64,000 bases of DNA, taken from contig CAWDEM010000008.1 of the NCBI GenBank assembly GCA_963801355.1, positions 384,001 through 448,000 of the forward strand, written 5' to 3'. Position 1 is the stretch's first letter. Each line of letters starts with the position of its first letter. The position numbers and the translations under genes are program-made. A model generated the notes under the pieces. That model searched no databases. It was not told the DNA's origin and was given only the letters and a program-made list of their open reading frames with translations. Shown here piece by piece: positions 1 to 7,949 of the stretch. This stretch comes from Ignavibacteriota bacterium (GTDB lineage Bacteria > Bacteroidota > Ignavibacteria > UBA10030 > UBA6906).

Positions 1-1824
1 TACACTGCTGCTGGGAATTCACTCTGGTTTCCCACCTCCGCGAGTGGGACGGGCAGAATCTATAGAACCACCGATAAGGGCGTGACATGGTCAGTCGTTG
101 TCCATCCCCAGTGTGCAACAGACTGGTGGCCTACGATCGAGTTTCAGGATGAGAACGTCGGTCTTGGCAATGGACAATTGGGAGAGATAATGAAGACCAC
201 GGATGGCGGAGTCACCTGGACAATGGCTTCCACCCCATCCAAACTTGGGATTGCATACCTTGCGTATGTTCCTCACACATCGGGCATGTATGTTGGAAGC
301 TTCTGGCGCCCTGAGTCCGCGCTGGTCCAACCGGCCCTGTATGGAACTGTCTACACAACCGATGGTGGCGCAAACTGGACAATTGCACATACCGGGTATG
401 GAGTTGGGGGGTATGTCGATTTCTTCAACGGCTCCACCGGCTGGGCCACCGGGGAGACGAACAACATTTATGAATGGAGGTTCCCCGGGGGACGATACAC
501 GGGAGTGCATCCCGACTCGCTCGCATTCGTTATGCTGGAAGCAGGACTTTCGACCGACACGAATACCGTCGACTTCGTCAACCACGGGACCGACGCGGTG
601 ACGCTCTCGAGCATTGTGTCGCCAGGGAGCAATTTCACTGTTGTCAAGCAGCCGGTGCTGCCGGCGGTGATCCAGAGTCTCGGCTCCGTAAAAATCGGCA
701 TCCGTTTCACGCCGCGTGTGGACGGTGTCATTCGCGACTCGCTCGTCTTCGTGAGTAATGCATTCAACGCACCGGCACTCCCTCTGTATCTCGATGGGAA
801 AGGGCTCATTGTGCAGCCTGCCCAGATGGGAACGCTTTATGGCACGTCGAAATCGCTCATTTCACTGAACCTGTCCACTGGAATCCCCATTGTCGTCGGG
901 TCTCTTGGAGGCACCACATTTAACGGCCTGACAATCCGTCCTAGTACAGGACTGCTCTATGGGGTAGTGGCCGGTCCTGCCGGGTCGACAGTCTACAGGA
1001 TTAGCTGTGGAAGTGCGAATTTTGTATCGGCAGTCGCCTTCCCGATGAACATGAGAGCGATTGCCTTCAATCGCAATGGCGAATTCTATGGTGCTTCAAG
1101 GCTTGGCAGGCTCTACCGGCTGAACCTTGCCACAGGTGACACCGTCGGGATCGGGACCGCCCCGGGAATGTCCTATGCAAGCATTGCCTTTAGTCCCACA
1201 GGCAAGCTCTGGGCAACTGCCCTGCCAGCAGGCTCAGGCAAGGACAGAGTCTACACTCTCAATACGACCACTGGCGAAGCAACACTTATAGGAGCAACCG
1301 GTGACAGTGCCTATACACCAAGCATCTTTTTCACTCCTGACGGCAAACTGTACGGGCTGAAAGGTGTCGGCGTGGAGCCCAACAGCGTGATCTCGATCGA
1401 TACTCTGACCGGTGTCGGGGAACCACTCCTATCGCTGGGAACAAGCGGGGTGACTGCTATCACGATGCCGACGTTCGGAGTTCAGGTCGGAGTCACAGCA
1501 AAAGAAGAAAAAACCTGCACATTCGCACTGGAACAGAACTACCCCAACCCCTTCAACCCGAGCACGACGATCCGGTACGGTCTGCCTAATCGCTCGCATG
1601 TGAGTTTGACGGTATTCAACACACTGGGCCAACAGGTTGCCCTTCTTCAGGATGGGGGACAGGAAGCAGGGTACCACGAGGTCAGGTTCGAGGGGAGCGG
1701 GCTATCGAGCGGAGTCTATTTCTACAGGATTCAGGCCCGCCCTCTTGACTACGCCGTCGGGCGTGACTCCAAGAGCGGAGCAGGATCCTTTGTACTGACT
1801 CGCAAGCTCGTCTTGCTCCGGTGA
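1..1824 (+). CDS. Secreted BNR/Asp-box and beta-propeller protein with Ig-like domain and C-terminal T9SS-type sorting domain (5' end outside the window)
   Basis: The frame is open from base 1 (YTAAGNSLWF...). It has repeated T-x-D-x-G-x-T/N-W Asp-box motifs, propeller repeats and a C-terminal LEQNYPNPFNPSTTIRY...SGVYFYR motif. Confidence 0.85.
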   Translation, partial: YTAAGNSLWFPTSASGTGRIYRTTDKGVTWSVVVHPQCATDWWPTIEFQDENVGLGNGQLGEIMKTTDGGVTWTMASTPSKLGIAYLAYVPHTSGMYVGSFWRPESALVQPALYGTVYTTDGGANWTIAHTGYGVGGYVDFFNGSTGWATGETNNIYEWRFPGGRYTGVHPDSLAFVMLEAGLSTDTNTVDFVNHGTDAVTLSSIVSPGSNFTVVKQPVLPAVIQSLGSVKIGIRFTPRVDGVIRDSLVFVSNAFNAPALPLYLDGKGLIVQPAQMGTLYGTSKSLISLNLSTGIPIVVGSLGGTTFNGLTIRPSTGLLYGVVAGPAGSTVYRISCGSANFVSAVAFPMNMRAIAFNRNGEFYGASRLGRLYRLNLATGDTVGIGTAPGMSYASIAFSPTGKLWATALPAGSGKDRVYTLNTTTGEATLIGATGDSAYTPSIFFTPDGKLYGLKGVGVEPNSVISIDTLTGVGEPLLSLGTSGVTAITMPTFGVQVGVTAKEEKTCTFALEQNYPNPFNPSTTIRYGLPNRSHVSLTVFNTLGQQVALLQDGGQEAGYHEVRFEGSGLSSGVYFYRIQARPLDYAVGRDSKSGAGSFVLTRKLVLLR

Positions 1825-1845
1825 CGGGTGCACCATTCTCAGGGT

Positions 1846-1887
1846 AAACAAGAGGGTCCAGCAGCCATCACTGGGCCCTTCGTGTTT
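1846..1887 (+). terminator. Hairpin after the sorting-domain gene
   Basis: AAACAAGAGGGTCCAG...CTGGGCCCTTCGTGTTT imperfect inverted repeat, about 20 nt after the stop codon. Confidence 0.5.
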
Positions 1888-1910
1888 CAGTTTAATGGTA
1901 TCCGTGCTGT

Positions 1911-2130
1911 GTACAGGCTGGAGGCGAACAAGACAAGGCAAAAGAGGTGCTGGAATAATGTCTGAGCCTCAATGCCGGCAGCGAAAACCGACCCCTGCAA
2001 CTCTATCTCCTGACGAAAATCCATATCTCCCGGCATGAAGAGGATTTGGCAAGGAACTATCTGGAGATGCTCAGGAAGGAGTTCCCCCGGGACAAATACA
2101 GGTCGATGGGGGAGGGACTTTTCAAGAAAT
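1911..2130 (+). pseudogene. Degraded TPR-like gene fragment
   Basis: Reads VQAGGEQDKAKEVLE*CLSLNAGSENRPLQLYLLTKIHISRHEEDLARNYLEMLRKEFP, with an in-frame TAA at 1956-1958 and an apparent frameshift in the C5 run at 2084-2088 into GTNTGRW. The helical pattern is TPR-like. Confidence 0.4.
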
Positions 2131-2599
2131 AGAAAGCCGGTGAACTTGAGGCAGAATGTCGACCGACGATCAGGTCCCCTGCTCTTTGCGCTTGGAGGGA
2201 ACAAAGCGGGCCCACTTTGCGTTAAGGCATCTGAGCGAGACGGTGATGGATTTGTCCCGATAATGTATCACTTAATCTGTTCCAGTGCGTAGCACACCTA
2301 CTTCGCGCCTCAGGTAAGCGCCGCAATTCAGACTTGGATTCTGTGAATGCAGATGTCTGCTGGAACTATACCCGAGGCATCCAATTTTTCCATCTCAAAT
2401 TCCATTTCAATCAGGGCCACCGCAGAGAGGCACGGGGTATTTGGATCATCGTTGGTGATGCGTTGTCGAAATTTGAGACAACACCGCTGCTCACGGTCGA
2501 GCAGACTCTAGACGCCCTTCGCCGTGCGCAGAATGTCGCCTACCGGCCACCCGGAGAGTAGTCAAGCGGCAACGTCCTATGTCAGCGGCCATCGTGCGG

Positions 2600-2788
2600 T
2601 CAATTCAAAATATGGGGTACTGCGGGTAGCACGCCGGACTGCGGCGTCCGCTTTCTGAATGGGCACATATGGATCTGCCCAACGCGGGTTTGGAACTCGT
2701 TGAGAGCCGTTGTGTTTGCAGCGACTGTCTTCGGCGTGTGGATTCTTCGTGAGAAGGCGAGGAAGGACTCCCGAAAGTCACCGAGTGT
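2600..2788 (-). pseudogene. Possible remnant of a tyrosine integrase N-terminal (SAM-like) domain
   Basis: A start-less frame TLGDFRESFLAFSRRIHTPKTVAANTTALNEFQTRVG begins 7 nt after the tRNA-Ser 3' end. It resembles the F..FL......T.KT...Y..AL..F....G pattern of integrase core-binding domains. Confidence 0.4.
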
Positions 2789-2795
2789 GAGGCTG

Positions 2796-2885
2796 CGGAG
2801 GGGGAGAGATTCGAACTCTCGGTAGAGGTGTAACCCCTACGACGGTTTAGCAAACCGTTGGTTTCGGCCACTCACCCACCCCTCC
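2796..2885 (-). tRNA. tRNA-Ser(GCT)
   Basis: GGAGGGG/CCCCTCC acceptor stem, ACGGT-TTGCTAA-ACCGT anticodon arm, long variable arm and GTTCGAATC T-loop. CCA is not encoded. Confidence 0.97.
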
Positions 2886-2994
2886 AGGATGGATTCCGCT
2901 CCGAAAAGACCGAAAACACTGACCCAAGATAAGCAAAAATGAAGAATCGCGCAAGGCCACGCGCTTGATTCTTCATTCGCTTTTGTGCAATTTT

Positions 2995-3696
2995 CTATGT
3001 TCCCTGGTACAAGCGTCGCGCAAGAAATTCGGGGAGTCCGGCACTCAGGATCGCCTCCGCGGTTTTCTCCACTGCATACGGAACACGGACGAGCTCGTAC
3101 CGGCCTGAATCGCTGTCGTAAACCCCAAACGCCGCAGCAGGATGGCCGTCGCGGGGTTGCCCCACGCTCCCGATGTTGATGATGTATCGCCCATCAGTCG
3201 TGTAGCGGTTCACCGTGCCGTCTTCGCCCAGGATCACGGGGACATGCGTGTGCCCGATGAAACAGAGACGCGTGTCGAATGCCCGGAAATTCTTCGCCCC
3301 TCCCCGCACGGTATGCAGATAGTGCCACTCGGAGGGCTCGAACGGCGATGCGTGAACGAGCGTGCAGGCGCCGTGCGTCAATGAGAGCGGGAGGTCTCGC
3401 AGGTACGCCATGTGGCCCGCTTCAAGCGCTCCCCGCGTCCAGAAGATTGCCCGGAGCCCGTACTCGTTGAAATCATCGACGGGCGTGCCTCCGATGACAC
3501 CGCTGTCGTGGTTCCCGGTGACCACGAGGGAACAACGCGCCCGGATGATCTCCAGACATTGGTTGGGGAAGGGGCCGTAACCGACGATGTCGCCAAGACA
3601 CCACACCGTCGTTATCTTCCGCTCGTCGATCGCGGAGATCACCGCTTCAAGCGCCGCGAGGTTGGAGTGGATGTCGGAAAGTATTGCAGTTTGCAT
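2995..3696 (-). CDS. Calcineurin-like metallophosphoesterase
   Basis: SDIHSN, LGDIVGYG, GNHD, GHTH and NIGSVGQPRDG motifs. Start taken at MQTAIL (ATG 3696). Confidence 0.9.
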   Translation of the reverse strand: MQTAILSDIHSNLAALEAVISAIDERKITTVWCLGDIVGYGPFPNQCLEIIRARCSLVVTGNHDSGVIGGTPVDDFNEYGLRAIFWTRGALEAGHMAYLRDLPLSLTHGACTLVHASPFEPSEWHYLHTVRGGAKNFRAFDTRLCFIGHTHVPVILGEDGTVNRYTTDGRYIINIGSVGQPRDGHPAAAFGVYDSDSGRYELVRVPYAVEKTAEAILSAGLPEFLARRLYQGT

Positions 3697-3759
3697 GGAT
3701 AGAATTGCGTTGTTGCACCCAAGTAATGGATTCCTGAACAAAACGCAAGAGGATCGTAC

Positions 3760-6195
3760 GTGCACACCCTGACGTGCCCGGCTTCGAGATTCACCCGCGC
3801 GCTGTACGGCGCCGCGCTCTGCACCGCGCTCTTGCTCCAGGCGTCGGGGCCGATCGCCACGGGGCAAACAAGTGAACAACTCCGCCGGCAGGCCGAACTT
3901 CAGCTGCGCCAGATGTCTCCCGACGACATAGAACGGGCGTTGAAGGAGTACGGGCTGAGCATCGAGGAGGCAACCAAGCGGGCCCGCCTGCTGGGAATAT
4001 CGCTCGAGGAATTTCTGCTGAAGGGGTACGCGGCAAAAGGCGAGATCGGGAAGAGTGTGCCTACCGATCCACGCGTGTTCTGGCAAGGCGCCAACCCGAA
4101 TATCTTGCGATCCGACAGCATCCTGCCCTCCGTGGCAATTCCTCCCCCGCTCAAGCTGGAATCAGTCGCCGGTTTCCATGGCCGCGAAAGCATCGACTCA
4201 CTGATCCAGCCGTTCGGATATTCGCTCTTCCATTATCCTCCTTCCACATTCGTGCCGTCGCTGAGTGTGGCCACACCCTCATCGTATGTGCTGGGAGCGG
4301 GGGACGACGTGATGATCACTGTGTGGGGAGAAACCCAGCTCAATTATCAATTGCAGGTGAACCGTGAAGGGAACGTCCATGTGCCCGAGGTCGGTCCAGT
4401 GCTGGCACAAGGTCTTACGGTCCAACAGTTCCGTGAGCGGCTCTTGCGCCGGATGTCGGCTGTCTACTCGGGTCTCGCCGGCGGGTCCGGCAGAGCGAGG
4501 GCGTTCCTGGATGTGTCCATCGGAAAACTGAAAACTATTCAAGTACTCGTGCTCGGCGAGGTGAGAAAGCCGGGTGGCTACGGACTCTCCTCGATGTCCA
4601 CCGTTCTTCATGCCATGTATCTTGCCGGCGGGCCGACTACCGAGGGCACGCTCCGCAACATTCAAGTGATGCGCAAGGGGGAAACCGTTGCCGGAATAGA
4701 CCTGTACAGCTACATCCTCAAGGGCGACAGGTCAGCGGATGTGCCGTTGCAGGATGGCGACATTGTGTTCGTGAAACCGGTCACACGCCGCGCGGCGATC
4801 GTCGGTCGTATCCTCCGTCCGGCGATTTACGAGCTTCTAGAAGGAGAGCACCTCGGAGACCTTGTGACCCTTGCAGGGGGACCGCGTTTTGACGCTTACA
4901 CGAATCGTCTCCACATCGAACGGATCATCCCATTCAACCGCCGGCATGAATACGACCGCGACATACTGGACTTCGACGCGAACTTCGACACCCTGCCGTC
5001 GCTGCTTTCGAGTCCTCTCACGTTGGAAACCGGGGATGTCGTGACGGTCTATGGACTCCAGTCACGGTTCCAGAACCGCGTAGCTATCGGAGGGAGCGTC
5101 AACAAGCCGGGGCCGTTCCAGTTACTGCCGGGGATGAGGATTGCGGATCTGATCCGGGCCGCGGACAGCCTCAGTCTGAGTTCCTTCTCTGAGCGCGGAA
5201 CGCTGTTCCGCACATTGCCCAACCTCCGGAAGCAGGTCTTCGGTTTCAACCCGCGGCTTGCACTCGCCGGCGGCGGGCAGGACAATATCCTGCTGCAGAA
5301 CGAAGACAGCGTCGTCATCTATGGCGAGAGCCAGTTTTCGCCGCGCCACACGGTGAGAATCTTCGGCGCCGTCAAGATGCCGGGGGAATACCCGCGGCTT
5401 GATGAAATGCACGTCGCGGATCTCGTGGTGATGGCGGGTGGTCTTGCCGACGCGGCATCTGTTGAGGGTTGGGAATTGTCGCGGGTTGATACAACGGACA
5501 CACGCAGCTATGCGCGTGTCATCAAGATTGACAGCCGGACGGCATACTGGGAAGAAGGTATCCCGGACGATCTGGCGTTGCACGACTTTGATGTTCTCTT
5601 CATACCGTTCAACCCGAAAATCACCTTACAGAAGTTCGTCCGTATTTCCGGATCGGTCATGTATCCCGGCGTCTATGCCATCAGGTCCGAAGGGGAGCGG
5701 GTTGCAGATATCCTGCACAGGGCCGGCGGGTTGCGGCCCGGCGCATACATGGAAGCCTCACGCTTGTTCCGGAAATTCAACAACGCCGGACTCATTCCGC
5801 TGGATTTCCGGAACGCGATCGAAGACCCACTTGCGCGCGACAACATTGTGGTTTACGACGGTGACTCCATCCACGTGGCAATCACCGAAGATGTCGTGTA
5901 CGTCAGCGGTGAAGTCTATGTGCCTTCACCGGTGCTCTTTGAAGAAGGGGAGGGGCTCAGCTACTACATTCGCCAGGCCGGGGGGTACAAGGAGGAAGCC
6001 GAAAAAAGCAACACCGTTGTATTCTTGCCGGGGGGGAAGAAATGGGAGCACGGGGATATACTTCCCGGGAGCACGATTCTCGTCCCGAGGGAGCTCGACA
6101 AGCCGGATACAACCCTTCCCATCCTTCGTGACCTCGCGACGATTCTGGCCAGTCTTGCCGCCATCACCGTCGCGCTGATTCAGGTTTCAAAATAA
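3760..6195 (+). CDS. Polysaccharide export protein with multiple SLBB domains (Wza/KpsD-like)
   Basis: Signal peptide, FGYSLF...YVLGAGD Poly_export motif and repeated G.V.KPG.Y...AGG SLBB units. Confidence 0.9.
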   Translation: MHTLTCPASRFTRALYGAALCTALLLQASGPIATGQTSEQLRRQAELQLRQMSPDDIERALKEYGLSIEEATKRARLLGISLEEFLLKGYAAKGEIGKSVPTDPRVFWQGANPNILRSDSILPSVAIPPPLKLESVAGFHGRESIDSLIQPFGYSLFHYPPSTFVPSLSVATPSSYVLGAGDDVMITVWGETQLNYQLQVNREGNVHVPEVGPVLAQGLTVQQFRERLLRRMSAVYSGLAGGSGRARAFLDVSIGKLKTIQVLVLGEVRKPGGYGLSSMSTVLHAMYLAGGPTTEGTLRNIQVMRKGETVAGIDLYSYILKGDRSADVPLQDGDIVFVKPVTRRAAIVGRILRPAIYELLEGEHLGDLVTLAGGPRFDAYTNRLHIERIIPFNRRHEYDRDILDFDANFDTLPSLLSSPLTLETGDVVTVYGLQSRFQNRVAIGGSVNKPGPFQLLPGMRIADLIRAADSLSLSSFSERGTLFRTLPNLRKQVFGFNPRLALAGGGQDNILLQNEDSVVIYGESQFSPRHTVRIFGAVKMPGEYPRLDEMHVADLVVMAGGLADAASVEGWELSRVDTTDTRSYARVIKIDSRTAYWEEGIPDDLALHDFDVLFIPFNPKITLQKFVRISGSVMYPGVYAIRSEGERVADILHRAGGLRPGAYMEASRLFRKFNNAGLIPLDFRNAIEDPLARDNIVVYDGDSIHVAITEDVVYVSGEVYVPSPVLFEEGEGLSYYIRQAGGYKEEAEKSNTVVFLPGGKKWEHGDILPGSTILVPRELDKPDTTLPILRDLATILASLAAITVALIQVSK

Positions 6196-6227
6196 TACAT
6201 ACACACGTATGAACCAAGGATGCATCT

Positions 6228-7226
6228 ATGAGCGGAGCTGAAGAAGGCAAGGGCACTCCGGCCCGGAAGTTGCACGAAGTCCTTGCGCCCGTCTGGCAGC
6301 ACCGCAAAGTCGTGCTCTACGTTGCGTTGGGGATAGCCCTGGTGACGGGGATCGTGAATTTCCTGATCCTCGACCTGACATACAAAGCTACCGCATCGCT
6401 GCTGCCCGAGACAGACAGGAACAAACTGAGCAGCATGAGTCAGTTCTCCGGGCTTGCCCAGCTTGCGGGGATAGCCGTCCCGGGCGCCGAGATTTCACGT
6501 CTCTATCCGACGATCCTGGCCAGCGAGACAGTGCTGCGCCCGGTCATCGAAGCGAGATATGCGACAGAGCGCTATTCCGATTCCGTGGACCTGATCAAAT
6601 ACTTCGACCTCACGAAGAAGACCCGTGAGGAGAATATGGATAAGGCGTTGCGGGAGATCCGTGGATTGATGACCACGACGTACGACAACAAGACGAGCAC
6701 CGTGGTGGTGACGCTGGAGATGGAAGAACCCCAGCTCGCGGCGGATGCACTCAACGGGATCATCGGGCAGCTGGACCTTTTCATGCGTTTGAAGAGAATC
6801 AACACGGCTGCGGAGCAGGCGAAGTGGATAAGCGCAAGGCTCCTGGAGGTGGAGAGGGAGCTCCGGCAGTCCGAGGACGCGCTCAAGAACTTCCGCGAAC
6901 GGAACCGCCGCATACTGGACTCGCCGGCGCTGCTGTTGATCCAGGAACGGTTGATCCGTGAGGTGACCGTGAAGTCCACGATCTACGTGGAACTCAAGAA
7001 GCAATATGAGCTGGCAAAGATCGATGAGATCAAGAATATCACCATGGTGAACGTTCTGGATGCAGCCCGTCCGCCCGTGCGCAAGGAGCATCCGAGGCGG
7101 GCGACGAACACAGTCATCGGCTTTCTGCTGGGTCTCCTCGGGATGTCGGCCTGGTATGCGATGAAACCGGTGTATGAGGGGCGGGTACGGGCATTCATCG
7201 CCGGTGTCAAGGGGAAAGTCGCATGA
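6228..7226 (+). CDS. Wzz/Wzc-N-type chain-length determinant (GNVR-like)
   Basis: Two terminal TM helices, a central coiled coil and a VLDAARPP..K..P motif; adjacent to the SLBB exporter. Confidence 0.85.
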   Translation: MSGAEEGKGTPARKLHEVLAPVWQHRKVVLYVALGIALVTGIVNFLILDLTYKATASLLPETDRNKLSSMSQFSGLAQLAGIAVPGAEISRLYPTILASETVLRPVIEARYATERYSDSVDLIKYFDLTKKTREENMDKALREIRGLMTTTYDNKTSTVVVTLEMEEPQLAADALNGIIGQLDLFMRLKRINTAAEQAKWISARLLEVERELRQSEDALKNFRERNRRILDSPALLLIQERLIREVTVKSTIYVELKKQYELAKIDEIKNITMVNVLDAARPPVRKEHPRRATNTVIGFLLGLLGMSAWYAMKPVYEGRVRAFIAGVKGKVA

Positions 7227-7239
7227 CGGGGGAAAAGAA

Positions 7240-7278
7240 AATCGACAATCGTGGATCCACCTTCCACAATTGTCGATT
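7240..7278. terminator. Probable bidirectional terminator hairpin
   Basis: AATCGACAAT...ATTGTCGATT inverted repeat between the convergent wzz and tRNA-Arg genes. Confidence 0.6.
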
Positions 7279-7280
7279 GT

Positions 7281-7355
7281 TGGTGCTCCCGGCAGGATTC
7301 GAACCCACACTAAGTGATCCGTAGTCACTCGTGCTATCCATTACACCACGGGAGC
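7281..7355 (-). tRNA. tRNA-Arg(ACG)
   Basis: GCTCCCG/CGGGAGC acceptor stem, AGTGA-CTACGGA-TCACT anticodon arm, GGTTCGAATCC T-arm and encoded CCA. Confidence 0.97.
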
Positions 7356-7365
7356 AATGACTCAT

Positions 7366-7394
7366 AATATACGAACCCTGCATCCGACATGCAA
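7366..7394 (-). promoter_or_regulatory. Sigma70-type promoter for tRNA-Arg
   Basis: TTGCAT-N17-TATATT on the minus strand. Confidence 0.6.
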
Positions 7395-7419
7395 GGAATT
7401 CGTACCGTAATCCTTCCCC

Positions 7420-7448
7420 TTGCTTCTTCGCGCATCTCTTGTTATCTT
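7420..7448 (+). promoter_or_regulatory. Sigma70-type promoter for tRNA-Ala/ffs
   Basis: TTGCTT-N17-TATCTT with a TGn extension. Confidence 0.5.
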
Positions 7449-7494
7449 CCAGTATTATGTTGTCATGTTGGCATTCGCGGGAGTCTTTTGTCCC

Positions 7495-7567
7495 GGGGCT
7501 GTAGCTCAGTTGGGAGAGCGCCTCGTTCGCAACGAGGAGGTCGTCGGTTCGACCCCGATCAGCTCCA
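7495..7567 (+). tRNA. tRNA-Ala(CGC)
   Basis: GGGGCTG/CAGCTCC acceptor stem with G3:U70 and CCTCG-TTCGCAA-CGAGG anticodon arm. CCA is not encoded. Confidence 0.96.
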
Positions 7568-7569
7568 CT

Positions 7570-7668
7570 GAGGTCAAGTCCTGTGCAACCGTAAGGTGCT
7601 CAACCCCGCCAGGTCCGGAAGGAAGCAACGGTCGGTACCCCAAGGTGTGACGCAGGGTGCTTGGCCTC
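7570..7668 (+). ncRNA. ffs: Small bacterial SRP RNA (4.5S)
   Basis: Domain IV signature CAGGTCCGGAAGGAAGCAACGG inside a ~100-nt hairpin closed by GAGGTCAAG/CTTGGCCTC. Confidence 0.93.
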
Positions 7669-7684
7669 TTTCTGTTTGCAGGCA

Positions 7685-7713
7685 TTGCAAGATTCAATGA
7701 TATTCCGTAACTT
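7685..7713 (+). promoter_or_regulatory. Sigma70-type promoter upstream of RNase E/G
   Basis: TTGCAA-N17-TAACTT, implying a ~230-nt leader. Confidence 0.55.
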
Positions 7714-7726
7714 ACCCCTTAGGTGT

Positions 7727-7925
7727 TCAGGTGAAGGATGAGGCGGCGTGCCGCTTCCCATTCTTTCCTGAGGCGGGGGCCACAGTTACCAAATGAAATT
7801 CGTCCCACAGTACGGTTAACGATAGGGGTTTGACGTGATCACAACCGTGTGTCTCTCGTTCCTATTCGAGAGCCTGCTCACTTCGTTCCGGAGCTGTGGG
7901 GATCGCCGGCCACAGAAGCTGGCAT
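7727..7925 (+). promoter_or_regulatory. Structured 5' leader of the RNase E/G gene
   Basis: Long hairpin 7727-7771; CCCACAG/CTGTGGG stem (7804-7810/7894-7900) enclosing ACGGTT/AACCGT and CTCTCG/CGAGAG helices; GCCGGC/GCTGGC hairpin. Confidence 0.5.
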
Positions 7926-7949
7926 TCAGCCTACCATATACAGTTCCAT

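Noticed and set aside
2605-2871. 88-aa ORF on the minus strand, and the ORFs at 7389-7697
   Set aside because: They overlap the tRNA-Ser, tRNA-Ala and SRP RNA genes.
3697-4086. N-terminal extension of the metallophosphoesterase ORF
   Set aside because: It is antisense to the SLBB gene, and the family motif starts at MQTAILSDIH.
7720-7930. 6S RNA
   Set aside because: The pairings form several local domains rather than one long rod with a central bubble, so a cis-leader is more plausible. An Rfam search would decide.
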